Source: Octopus sinensis (taxonomy: Eukaryota). Taken from it: DNA of 64,000 nucleotides. The notes under the pieces were generated by a model that had not been told where the DNA came from, ran no database searches, and saw only the letters and a list, made by a program, of their open reading frames with translations. The translations under genes were made by a program, and so were the position numbers. The DNA is taken from contig NC_043010.1 of NCBI RefSeq assembly GCF_006345805.1, positions 63,736,001 to 63,800,000 on the forward strand, given 5' to 3'. This document shows, piece after piece, positions 50,460 to 61,997 of this stretch (the first letter of the stretch is position 1; each line of letters begins with the position of its first letter).

Positions 50460-53400
50460 ATATTATATATATAAACATATATATACAGGATGTGATGGGT
50501 GAATTGTCATCATTTTATATTTTTAATAATTTTGGATGTGTACAGTGTTTGTTTTTGACTTTGTTGACTACATAGTTTAGTAGGGTCAGTTGGGCACCGT
50601 CTGTGAGAAAAGCAGCAGCATGATGCAATTCAATCTGGCAGAAATTCGGAAATGACATGCTGTACTGCTTGGCATTCACCCTATGGTTCTAAGAAGCCAC
50701 TCATCTACTCCCAACTTCATTAGAGATATCTGATAACAGAGAAAGATCATCTCTGTCAAAAGCTTTTCCCACATTGATGAATGCCAAATATTATGATTTA
50801 CTTTTGGCTAGATACTTCTTTTGCAGTGGTCTCTCTAGCACTTCTATTCCTAATCAATTGGGCTATAACTCTCTGTAATTTTCATGCACACACACACACA
50901 AATGTGTACACAACTGGCTTCCACACAGTTTCCAATCTACCAAATTCCAGCTGGTCAGTCCAACAGAGATAAATTCATTTACTTTCCATTCTTCTCCAAC
51001 CTACAGCTTTCCAACATGTATAAATACAGTACCCAAACCCAGTTCTGCTTCTTTGCCTGGCCTCTACACAAAGGAGCAGTTCAGTCATGATTTGTCACTG
51101 TGGGACTACACAAGTTACACCCTCTCTACTTGTCAACACAAACAAATAAATTCTTTTACTCTTTCTTTCTCCTTCTTCAATCCCTCTTTTAGCAGTCCAC
51201 AAAAGACGAACTCAATTATATACAGAAGTGATAACAGGATTGCAGATAATCTTTGTACAACAACAACTTGAAAAAGTTGCTTCTTATATTGTAATGATAA
51301 AATAAAGGCCATATAAACTAATGTTTTTCTCCCGTTGTTTATTTGCTGCATAGAATCGTTACACCTGCACTGCCACATTCTTCCTCTTGTTGCTTCAAGT
51401 ATTTAATTTTGTACCATCACGATTGTTTAAATGTGATGTGAGAATACAATTTGTAGTGCAAAAGATATTTGCCTTATCATATGATGGATTTTAATAAAAG
51501 ATAGCAGATACACAAGATCTGTGAATTAAAAAAAATATTAAAATAACTGATTTCTTTTGTCCAGTAAAGCACTTTCAGTTTTGTCCTGGAAGGTAGTTTA
51601 TATATAAAGAGGGGGATTTCCTTTTTCGTACTGCCAAAAAATTTGTAACAGCGTAAAAAGGAAACATAAAAATGACAAAAAATTGCAACATTCTTTGTTG
51701 TCTTGCATCTGTTCCATGTCAAAAGTCAAGATGAAAATGCTTTCCTTAGCAAATAAAAAAGGTGTAGTGTTTTTCTAGAAAACGAAATTATCTACAAACG
51801 AGTATTGGTGGAGGTACTTTTCTAGAAAGTGAAGGGGTGAGAAGAAGATCTTTGAAAAACCTATCTTTCCTTATTAACTTTCAGGAAAATGAAAGGTGGC
51901 TGTTTCCCCCCCCCCCCAAAAAAATCGACTCCTTTTTTAATGAAAATTGTTTCCGGCAGTATTTACAAGTGCACTTCCTGTAACACAAGTAGAAAGTTTG
52001 AAAATTCATTTGTTCAAATAGCTGAGCAATATACATTTCGAACATATACAACTCTTATGCATGGCTCATATTTCTTTCAAAATTTCGAGTTTCACTTTGG
52101 CGGAAAAAAAACAAACAAACAAAAAAAAAAACCCACTTTCAGGTATAAAAACAACACTTTTACATTCAACAGTCATTTTCTTTTTACTTCGTTTTGCTAT
52201 GAACACATGCACTTGTATGTGTTCATAGCAAAAAATTTGGATTTCATACCATCAAGAACATTGTTTAAAGGTGAAATAAGAATACAATTTGTAGTGCAGA
52301 TCTGTTATACTATAAATTATATTTTTTCAAAATTCCAAGTTTTGGTAGGAAAAAAAACACGGTTACTTCCCTCATTTTACTCAGGAAATCTTTGTAAAAA
52401 GGTAAGTACAATGCTAATACTAATTTTTGAATACGTATTTGTTTTATTATTTTACTTCAGACTTAACCCCTTTTCAACAAACTCAAAATTAATCCCTCCT
52501 TTACGCAGTCCTTTCACATGCTTGAAATAGCTATGTTCTAAGGCCTTGTAGCATATCAAAAACACCCGTACGGACCAATTCATCTCTGATATATACTTTT
52601 TAAAATTATGTTAGTATGTGTTATGTTTTAATTGTTCCGGTCATCGGACTGTGGCCATACGGGGGACACCGCCTTTTAGTCAAACAAATCGACCCCCGTA
52701 CTTATTTTATTAAAATCTGGCATTTATTCTATTCACTTTCGCCAAACGGCTAAAGTACGGGGGTGTAAACAAACCACAACCGGTTGCCAAGCGGTGTTGG
52801 CTGTAGTAGGAGACACTTGCTCGAGTACCATTCCTTAAGACTGAACCCAAAGCGATATGGTTGGGAAAGCAAAGAGGTGCGTGAAATATCCGCCCTCCCC
52901 CGATTTTTTTCACGACAATTCCGATATAATTGTAATCTTCAACATCTGAAAGGTATTTGCAGAAAATTTCGCTAAAAAATACGCAATTTTCAGCAAGTTG
53001 TGAGGAAAGAAAGTCGACATACGGATTCCCCACTCGAAATTCCATTATAATCACAATCTACGCCATTTGAAACGTGTTTGTTTAAAATTCCATTGAAAAC
53101 CATTTTTCTGACAGTTACGAGGAAAAAAAGTCGGTTCGTATGAATTTTCCGAAATTTCTCTCCCTATCCCCGCCGTAAAAAAAACTTTTCCCGACAAATT
53201 CCTATATTTTCGGAATTTACAGCATCTGAAATTTGTGGAAAATTTCGTTAAAATGTATCTATTTTCCTGAAAGTTTTAGGGGAAAAAACCGGGTGGAGAC
53301 ACACTTGTGCGGGAATTCCCCGTTTAATATGTAAAAAATTGAAAATAAACAAAAATGCCACTTTCACTTTTCGTTTATAAGTAACACATTTGTTATTTAT

Positions 53401-54978
53401 TTGTTGTCTAAGTTCAGGAAAATACTTCCTCCCTTTTCTCTGTAAATAAATGATTTTCGATTTCCTTTGAAACGTAATATACAAACCGATGATATAGCAG
53501 AATAGGCAATCCATCGTTTTTGGTATTCGAAAATTAAAACAATGGTACTATTTAAGAAGAGTCGTCCCGGTGCGCGCACTCGCGTAGTCGCGCATCCGCG
53601 CTAGCTAGTCGATCCTACAACGACTACCTAGCAAAGTAAATAAAACACAAAATAAATAATTTTTTTAAACAAAGTAAATAAAACACAATGTAAGGATCGA
53701 TTCTCTCAACAACTTATCTTTTTATCATGAACCAAATTTTAATTCTATCTTTTGCACACACACACACACACTCTCTTTCTCTCTCTCTCTGAATTTCTCT
53801 TGTCATGGTGAAAGGAAAGTCCTACATTGTCTGTGTTGAAAGACAAACACACATGCAACCAAAAATAAATAAATACCTACATTGTTATATAATGGAAATC
53901 TTATTTTTAAGCTATGTTGCATTGTGTTGACTTGTTCTTAAAATTCCTGCGTTTTTTAAATCAAAACTTGTTACTATGGTTCGCACCCACACACATATTC
54001 CCTCCCTCTCTCCGTGTTTCACACATTGTATTTCTCAGCAACAATGTTTTCTTCCCCTCCATCTAAAAATACATCGTGACTTATAATTTAATTTCTCCCG
54101 TTGTTTCCTTTCCTCTGATAGAGGTTGTAATAGACAGACAAATGGAGATAACGCTTCTCTTTTATGATATAAGATTATACACATACAAGCTTCTGCACTT
54201 ACATGTTTGTGTTTGTGTGTTTGTCACAGACGAAATTCGAACTCAAAACACCAAAGGAGGCAACTGAACGCATTTTGTCTGATAATCTACCGATTCTCTC
54301 CGCCTTAGTTATCTGGTGTTTCTAACGGCCGGCAGTTTTATAAAAGTAATTTCAACATTAACGGTGAATATCAAAGGAATTGTTTAACTTCGTACAAAAT
54401 AATCCTCTCCTCCCCATACATATTAGATCCCATATGTTCCTAATTTAAGAAATTATACGATCAGGTAAAGGTTCTATATATAAGGCGTGTGGTTTAGCGG
54501 TTAGAATAGCGGTAGCTCTATTCAGTTTCAATCACAGAAGATCCTATTTGGTTTACACTCGTAGGGTCTATTCTCGGCGGCGCGTTGTGTAATTGAGCAA
54601 GACACTTTATTTCACGTTGCTCCAGCTCATTCAGCTGGCTACACTGAATCTCCCAGAGAATTACGTTAAGGGTACACGTGTCTGTGGAATGCTCAGCCAC
54701 TTGTTGATTTCACGAGCGGGCTGTTCCGTCGACCGGATCAACTGGAACCCTCGTCGTCGAAACCGACGGCGTGCCATGAAATGTTCTACACCTATAAGGG
54801 AAGTGAGTACAGATGCTGAAGACAATAGCTGGCTTCTTCGAAAAACCATCAGTGCTCACAACTTCTCATGGCACGACACTAACCGTAACGGGTTTCAGTG
54901 GTCGTACTATAATGTTTTTTTGTTTTTTTTTTACCTCACAGATTAGCTTTCTTGAACTCATTGATAATAACGCTGTAT

Positions 54979-55128
54979 CCGAGGTCGACTTTGCCTTTCA
55001 TCCTTTCGGGGTCGGGTCGATGAATTAAGTACCAGTTACGCACTGGGGTCGATGTAATCGACTTAATCCCTTTGTCTGTCCTTGTTTGTCCCCTCTGTGT
55101 TTAGCCCCTTGTGGGTAGTAAAGAAATA
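54979..55128 (+). mobile_element. SINE family A, 5'-truncated, 16-bp TSD
   Basis: GATAATAACGCTGTAT at 54963-54978 and 55129-55144. Confidence 0.9.
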
Positions 55129-55378
55129 GATAATAACGCTGTATACATCGATGACGGGTGAGGATGACAACGACGAAAACTATCATTTCTAACACTGGTT
55201 GAGTGTAGAATCAGGCAAACATATCTTAGCATTGATTGACACTGTTTTCTCAACCTCCAAGAAAGGAAGACAAGCACAATTTGAACCCACGAGTGTATAC
55301 GCGCTCACACACCATACGCGTACGCGCGCACACATTTTAATTCAAGCGAGGTAACTTTAATAGAATAGCTATTTCACA

Positions 55379-55701
55379 TACTCTTACTCTTTTACTTGTT
55401 TCAGTCATTTGACTGCGGCCATGCTGGAGCACCGCCTTTAATCGAGCAACTCGACCCCGGGACTTATTCTTTTGTAAGCCCAGTACTTATTCTATCGGTC
55501 TCTTTTGCCGAACCGCTAAGTAACGGGGACATAAACACACCAGCATCGGTTGTCAAGCAATACAAGGGGGACAAACACACACACACGCATATATATATAT
55601 ATATACATATATACGACGGGCTTCTTCCAGTTTCCGTCTACCAAATCCACTCACAAGGCTTTGGTCGGCCCGAGGCTATAGTAGAAGACGCTTGCCCAAG
55701 G
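55379..55701 (-). mobile_element. SINE family B, 5'-truncated; an older diverged copy lies at 52632-52830
   Basis: Matches the family body and tail but lacks the tRNA head. Confidence 0.88.
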
Positions 55702-55854
55702 TACATTGAGTTATAAAGTATCTATCTTTACATAATTAGCGAGAGAAGCTTCTTTTACTGAGAGATAATCAAATCTCTTTCAAATTACGTTTAACTGTCT
55801 TAGAAAAAGGAAAGATTTATTGAATAATGTAGCTCGTAATTATAAACTAAACTG

Positions 55855-56374
55855 GGCAAGACTTCCGTCTGCCCCTCCAACCACCCTTTAAAAAAATTTT
55901 TTTCGGCTACGGGGAATACGAATCTGCCAAAAAATTGGCAAAAACCGACATTTCTAAATTTCCACCTCCCACCCCCACTTCCTTCATTTTAAACTTTTTT
56001 TCAGAATTTTTTCTTTACTTAAAATATGTGGAAAAATACGGAGATTATGATTCTCAAAAAAATTTCCCAAAATCTTTGTAAAATTTTTTTATTAAGAATT
56101 TTTTTTCTTTTTTAATTGTGCGAAAAAATACGGACATCAAGATTCGGACAAAAATTTCAAAACATTTCTGTACTTTCAGTTAGGGTTTTAGGGTTAGTGT
56201 TGCGGAAAAAAGCCAAAATTGAAGAAGTTGCGGGGGAAAGGGTAAATTTTCACAATGCCGATTTTTGGCAATTTTCCCAAACCTCCGTATCCGAAAACGG
56301 GGATTTTTGGAAAAAAAAAAAAGAAATTTGGAGAAAATGGGGGGCGGGATGGATGGACGGGTGGAAGTATTTCC
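55855..56374. mobile_element. MITE with long imperfect TIRs and an 8-bp TSD, Merlin-like
   Basis: CTAAACTG at 55847-55854 and 56375-56382. Ends GGCAAGACTTCC / GGAAGTATTTCC. Confidence 0.7.
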
Positions 56375-57325
56375 CTAAACTGTAGCAACTACACTAATAT
56401 TAGATAATGCAGCCCCAGATAGATTATGAATAAAATAAAGATGGGTTAAAGCATAACTCCATTTGATCAGATGCTGTGTCAGAATTGAGATGGGGATCAA
56501 CAACAACAGTAGCTGCAACATCAGCAATAACAACAACCACAACTATGTTTTGATATGGTGAGAGGGTAGATACATTATTGGACCTGTAGCTCATGAAGAA
56601 TTATGGTTCATGTCTCCTTAAAGTACTTAACTGAGTCTGAACTGGTCATTTGATCCTACCCAGTTCAATGAGCCAGGATAAATACAAACACTCCACGAGG
56701 GAGCTTCACTGTTGTTAATCAGCTGGTAAAATGTAGAAGCTAAATTGTGTGAGTGTGTCCCAGGAAAGGGAAATGAATATTCAGGTGGTTTGTTTAGAAC
56801 CAGCGTGAGACAGTGAGCGGAGGCATAGGGTGGTGTGGTGGAGGCATGTGCAAAACTTCTCCAAGAGAAAGAATTTTCATCTTTGTTTTCACATGACCTG
56901 AAGGACTGATTTGATGAGATCCTTGTGTGAACTACCTTAGGTTTATCAGGTGAATTGATTGTAATTTGTTGGTAAAACAGATCAAGGACTACTGATATAC
57001 TAAGTCTTGCCACCTCAATCTAGTTGAGGGCTGTTTTTGTTTTCTATTATTAGTTAAAACTCTTCAATCTCACTACCATTCCCTGCACACAACACACACC
57101 ACACATACTATCATACATTCAAACTCTCCTGATCACACCTGTAGCCCATTCCACAAAAGTAGCAGTAAAAAAGGCAGAATGGAGCATGTATGTGTGGGTC
57201 AGAGGCTGGAGTGAGTTGGTGAATTTTTTTCGTGCCGATTCGTCAGTTGACCTGTTTTTTTTTTTTATTTTGTATGTAGTCTTCAGTGCTGGATTAACCA
57301 TTAACAAAAATAAGCACATGCTTAA

Positions 57326-57565
57326 CCCTTTAGTATTTAAACCGGCCATATCCGGCTAAAATATTTAATCTGTTTTATGTTCAAACTGACCAGATCCAGG
57401 CCCTCACACCTACCCTACAATGTTATTCTACATTAAGTAATTACACCATCAAAATCTTGAAGATATGAGACAATGCATGATTAATTCAAATCAATGTATG
57501 ATTAATTCAAATCAATGTGAATCAATAAGCATTATATTTGATAGAATAATCTGAACATTAAAGGG
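57326..57565. mobile_element. piggyBac-type MITE (TTAA TSD) with an internal ~22-bp tandem duplication
   Basis: TTAA|CCCTTTAG...TTAAAGGG|TTAA. Highly similar to 37988-38206. Confidence 0.82.
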
Positions 57566-57899
57566 TTAAGGCATCAAGGGAATTGGTTGGAGGCACCAGA
57601 GGAATGGCAAATGGTTAACAACACGAAATAAATCACTTTCAGCTAAAATAATATTTGTAGTGGTTTGTATGAACAGAATTATAATTTCGAAGTATTCTTC
57701 ATGTCATAGGGAGGATCTGATCAAAGACTTTGCTTTAAATGCAAGTTGAAGAGGATTTTTCAAATATAATTTGATCTTAAGCAATTTTTGAGGTATATTC
57801 TCGAGAGCGACCAAGTTGGCTCTCATTAGCTTGTTATGTGGCTACAACCACACATGGTCTTGAAGTCAGATTGTTTTTATATACCAGTTAATACCCAGA

Positions 57900-58283
57900 G
57901 GAGGCATAATGGCCCGGTGGTTAGGGCAGCGGACTCGCGGTCGTAGGATCGCGGTTTCGATTCCCAGACCGGGCATTGTGAGTGTTTATTGAGCGAAAAC
58001 ACCTAAAGCTCCACGAGGCTCCGGCAGGGGATGGTGGTGATCCCTGCTGTGCTCTTCCACCACAACTTTCTCTCACTCTTACTTCCTGTTTCTGTTGTAC
58101 CTGTATTTCAAAGGGTCGGCCTTGTCACTCTCTGTGTCACGCTGAATATCCCCGAGAACTACGTTAAGGGTACACGTGTCTGTGGAGTGCTCAGCCACTT
58201 GCACATTAATTTCACAAGCAGGCTGTTCCGTTGATCGGATCAACCGGAACCCTCGTCGTCGTAACCGACGGAATGCTTCCTCA
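57900..58283 (+). mobile_element. tRNA-Arg-like SINE family C, flanked by a 56-bp direct repeat
   Basis: A-box TGGCCCGGTGG, TCG anticodon-like loop and B-box GGTTTCGATTCC. Other copies at 25628-25995, 34860-35170 and 54480-54780. Confidence 0.9.
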
Positions 58284-58529
58284 ACAACCACACATGGTCT
58301 TGAAGTCAGATTGTTTTTATATACCAGTTAATGCCCAGAATATATCACTCTGTGATGCAGAGATTTAGTTATGTTAGTGAAAAAAATAAATAAAACGAAT
58401 ATATACATGATAGAGTTTATGAATTTTGGTCTGCATCAGAAAATATTTCCAGCCTTGCTTCTAAATAATTGCACATGCATACATACATACATACACACAT
58501 ACACACACACACATATATGTGTGATGCAA

Positions 58530-59016
58530 ATGATCTTACGGTCTGCAATACTAACTTCAGAAAACCTGCCAGTCACCTACTGCTCTGGCAGACACACTAG
58601 TCAAATTGACTACATCCTCACCAGAAAAAGGAAAAGATGGCTGCTTATAAATGCCAAAACCATAAATGCACCATTCGAACGTGATTGTTAACAGTGTCGC
58701 CTTACTGGCACTTGTGCCAGTGCCACGTGAAAAAACATTCGAGCGAGGTCGTTGCCAGTGCTGTTGGACCGGCTCCTGTGCAGGTGGCACATAAAAAACA
58801 CCATTTGAGCATGGCCGTTGCCAGTACTGCCTGACTGGCCCTCGTGCCAGTGGCATGTAAAAGCACCCACTACACTCTCGGAGTGGTTGGTGTTAGGAAG
58901 GGAATCCAGCTGTAGAAACTCTGCCAGATCAAGATTGGAGCCTGGTTCGCCAGTCCTCAGTCAAATCATCCAACCCATGCTAGTATGCAAAGCGGACATT
59001 AAACGATGATGATGAT
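58530..59016 (+). mobile_element. Internally deleted RTE-X: endonuclease fragment joined directly to the 3' UTR
   Basis: TYCSGRHTSQIDYILTRK (APE motif) at about 58575-58630, followed by 3' UTR repeats and GGACATTAAACGATGATGATGAT. Confidence 0.75.
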
Positions 59017-59029
59017 TCAACCTAAATTT

Positions 59030-59281
59030 GAGAGACTGTGCATTTTCATGCATACGTGTAGTATCGATCGCAACAGCTGATGTACTTGCCTGTACAAATG
59101 CACGTTCCCACGGCTTTATCGATTGCATTCTCACCTGGAATCGATTTTTGTAATTTTTTCAAGACTTATGCACACCCTGATACCATGGGTATCTGCATAT
59201 CAAATTTGAGCGCAATTAGATGGAGGATGCCCGAGATCCTAGAAGACACACAGACAGACAGAATGGATTTTATATAATAGA
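59030..59281 (+). mobile_element. Helitron/Helentron-like non-autonomous repeat 3' part; a second copy lies at 10958-11100 (-)
   Basis: Shared ATATCAAATTT.AGCGCAA...GGATGCC.GAGATCC.AGAAGACAC(ACAG)n...GGATTTTATATA. The superfamily assignment is inferred. Confidence 0.5.
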
Positions 59282-59319
59282 TATATATATTTGTATATAC
59301 ATATGTGTGTGTATGTGTA

Positions 59320-59495
59320 TAAATGTGACCTCGTGTGTACTGTTGTTAATTTTTTTTTCCTCTGTCTTCCCTTCTCCTATGTTTCCGACGAAGAGCTCCG
59401 CTCGAAACGTTAAACCCTCCTTTCCTGAACGTCCAATAATACTATATTTGTTCCACATCCTCGTGTTGTGTTTTTTTTTGTTTTCTTGTTTGGAT

Positions 59496-59500
<5 letters not shown>
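59320..59500 (+). mobile_element. Penelope-like terminal fragment carrying a degenerate minimal hammerhead
   Basis: CCGACGA-A-GAGC tcc GCTC-GAAA-CGTT, abutting a (TA)n tract. Confidence 0.5.
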
Positions 59501-59533
<33 letters not shown>

Positions 59534-59573
59534 CACACACAGTCTGTATATATATATATTTACACACACAGTC

Positions 59574-59617
<44 letters not shown>

Positions 59618-60061
59618 CATACACACAGTCTGTAAAGTGCTTAGTTTTAAGTATGGTATCTAGCTGTAGATACCAAGCCAAATAAAAAGTACAAGTGAGA
59701 TGAGGTTTTCTAACCCATTTAGGCAAACAGTGCCCCCAAAATAGTTGCTCACTCCATCCAGCCCAAGCCAACATGGAAAATGCACATATGATGACGATGA
59801 TATGATAACATATGTTTTTATTCCCAAACAACATATAACTTGTATATGTGTGTTCAGTAGTGTCTAGGTTATGTGTTTCAAGCCAGCATACCTACAGCGG
59901 TAACAATATAGTGTAGCTTTAATATTTCATGTGACATAATACTGTCCCAACCATAGGATAAGTTGTGATATATTGTCTGATGATAAAAAATATATTATCC
60001 ACTTGATTACTTATATTGGACTGAATTTTCATTTCTGACTTATGGACAACTGATAACCGAT

Positions 60062-60098
<37 letters not shown>

Positions 60099-60210
60099 GT
60101 GTGTGTGTATGTATGTTCAGCAAAAATTTAGATTCAGATGAATATGGTACTTAAGTTAAAGGTACCAGAATTTGGTATGGTATTATCCATATAAATCAAA
60201 TGGGGTGATT

Positions 60211-60367
60211 ATAATCAAAATAAGCAACAAGGATATCCAAAGGTTGTGTAGTACAATCGTTTCATGCTACTTCACTTAATTAAACCTACATTGTTTAATT
60301 AAATCAAGTAGCATGAAACAATTGTACTACACAACCTTTGGATATCCATGTTGCTTATTTTGATTAT
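60211..60367. repeat. 75-bp inverted repeat with a 7-nt loop
   Basis: Arms 60211-60285 and 60293-60367, 71/75 complementary. Confidence 0.92.
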
Positions 60368-61312
60368 ATCTATCTATATATATATATATATATGATATAC
60401 AAATCTGGGATACCTGTAGTACCTCACCGAAGTATAAGCAATTAACCTTTACAAAACATAACCTTTAAACCACAATTTGAATAGTAAGCTAGGTAGGTTC
60501 TTGAATGAAGTGTTACAAAGATGACTGCCTGGATTTTATTTATCTGTGTGTGTGTGTGTGTGTGTGTGCATGCGTGTATTTGTTTACATTTTTGCTTCTT
60601 TGAAAATTGCTGAACTATGAGTGTTCAACAAATCACCTGTTGTCTTTGTGCCTTCAAAGATGTGTGGAATAAGAGATGCCTTACAAAAAAAAAAAAAATG
60701 GGTAAGGGTTAGTGACAAAAAGGCCATTTGGCAGTTATGAATGCCTTGATAATATTACGGCTAACCCTTACGCATGCTAGCATGGAAAAAGAAATATAAG
60801 AACGAAGGAAAAAAATACAGAAAATCATGAGACAGAAAGGGAGGGGCGGAGAGGAAGGGAGTGAGTGAGACAGGGGAGGGGTGAGAGTCTGAGAGAGAAA
60901 CTTGATTATTGAAGGAAAATGTCTGTTTTTGATGTTACAATAATAGATGAGATTCAGTTAGATGGAAATCCCGACTCTTTGGTTGTAGGATCTGAATGTA
61001 TTCTCTCTTGGGCTTATAACATCAAAATTATTTCATTGTAAAGTGAGAATATAATTTCTTGCAAAATATCCCATATTCAAACTATACGTAGCAACCAAAG
61101 TGTGATTGATTGATCTGCTAAAAACATCAGCAAACTCTCCTTTAAATCAGTCTTCTACCTTCAAAAAAAAAGGTTCACATTAGATGGGGTAATACTAGAT
61201 ATATAACATCTGATAAAAGAATAGGGTGGTCATGGCTTCAATGCCTTTGATCATAGGTTTTTTCAGCCAGGGTTGCCCAGGGTTAAACAACAACTATAAA
61301 ATGTAGGTAAAA

Positions 61313-61544
61313 GGTGGCGAGCTGGCAGAAATGTTAGCACGCCGGGCGAAATGCTTTGTGGTATTTTGTCTGCCGTTACGTTCTGAGTTCAAATTCCGCC
61401 GAGGTCGACTTTGCCTTTCATCCTTTTGGGGTTGATAAATTAAGTACCAGTCACGCACTGGGGGTCGATGGAATCGACTTAATCGCTTTGTCTGTCCTTG
61501 TTTGTCCCCTCTGTGTTTCGCCCCTTGTGGGTAGTAAAGAAATA
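61313..61544 (+). mobile_element. SINE family A, 18-bp TSD
   Basis: TATAAAATGTAGGTAAAA at 61295-61312 and 61545-61562. Confidence 0.92.
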
Positions 61545-61624
61545 TATAAAATGTAGGTAAAAATTTTGTATTTTCTAGATCATAAAGGAAATATGGTTTT
61601 AGTCACTAAATAAACTGATATTCT

Positions 61625-61997
61625 TTTCTACTGTAGGCACAAGGCCTGAAATTTTGGGGGAGAGGGCCAGTTGGTTAGATCAACCGTAGTACGCAACTGG
61701 GACTTAATTTATCAACCTCGAAAGGATGAAAGGCAAAGTTTCCTTGAACTCAGAAAATAAAGACAGACGAAATACCTATTTCTTTACTACCCACAAGGGG
61801 CTAAACACAGAGAGGACAAACAGACGGATTAAGTCGATTATATCGACCCCAGTGCGTAACTGGTACTTATTTAATCGACCCCAAAAGAATGAAAGGCAAA
61901 GTCGACCTCGGCGGAATTTGAACTCAGAACCTAACGGCAGACGAAATACAGCTAAGCATTTTGCCTGGAGTGCTAACGATTCTGCCAGCTTGCTGCC
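61625..61997 (-). mobile_element. Two abutting SINE family A-type copies (partial older copy 61625-61776, full copy 61777-61997)
   Basis: Shared GAAAGGATGAAAGGCAAAGT core, with the head at the right end. Confidence 0.8.

Noticed and set aside
51889-52530. 213-aa ORF
   Set aside because: F/K/N-biased translation of AT-rich homopolymeric sequence with no motif.
52632-52830. ADAR-hyperedited retrocopy of SINE B
   Set aside because: Changes occur on both strands and include indels, so an older subfamily or poor polishing explains it better.
56180-56198. Interstitial telomere repeat
   Set aside because: Only two imperfect TTAGGG units, located inside a MITE.
57900-57980. tRNA-Arg-like sequence (also the heads of SINE families A and B)
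   Set aside because: A and B boxes are present but the acceptor stem is broken and each runs into a multicopy SINE body.
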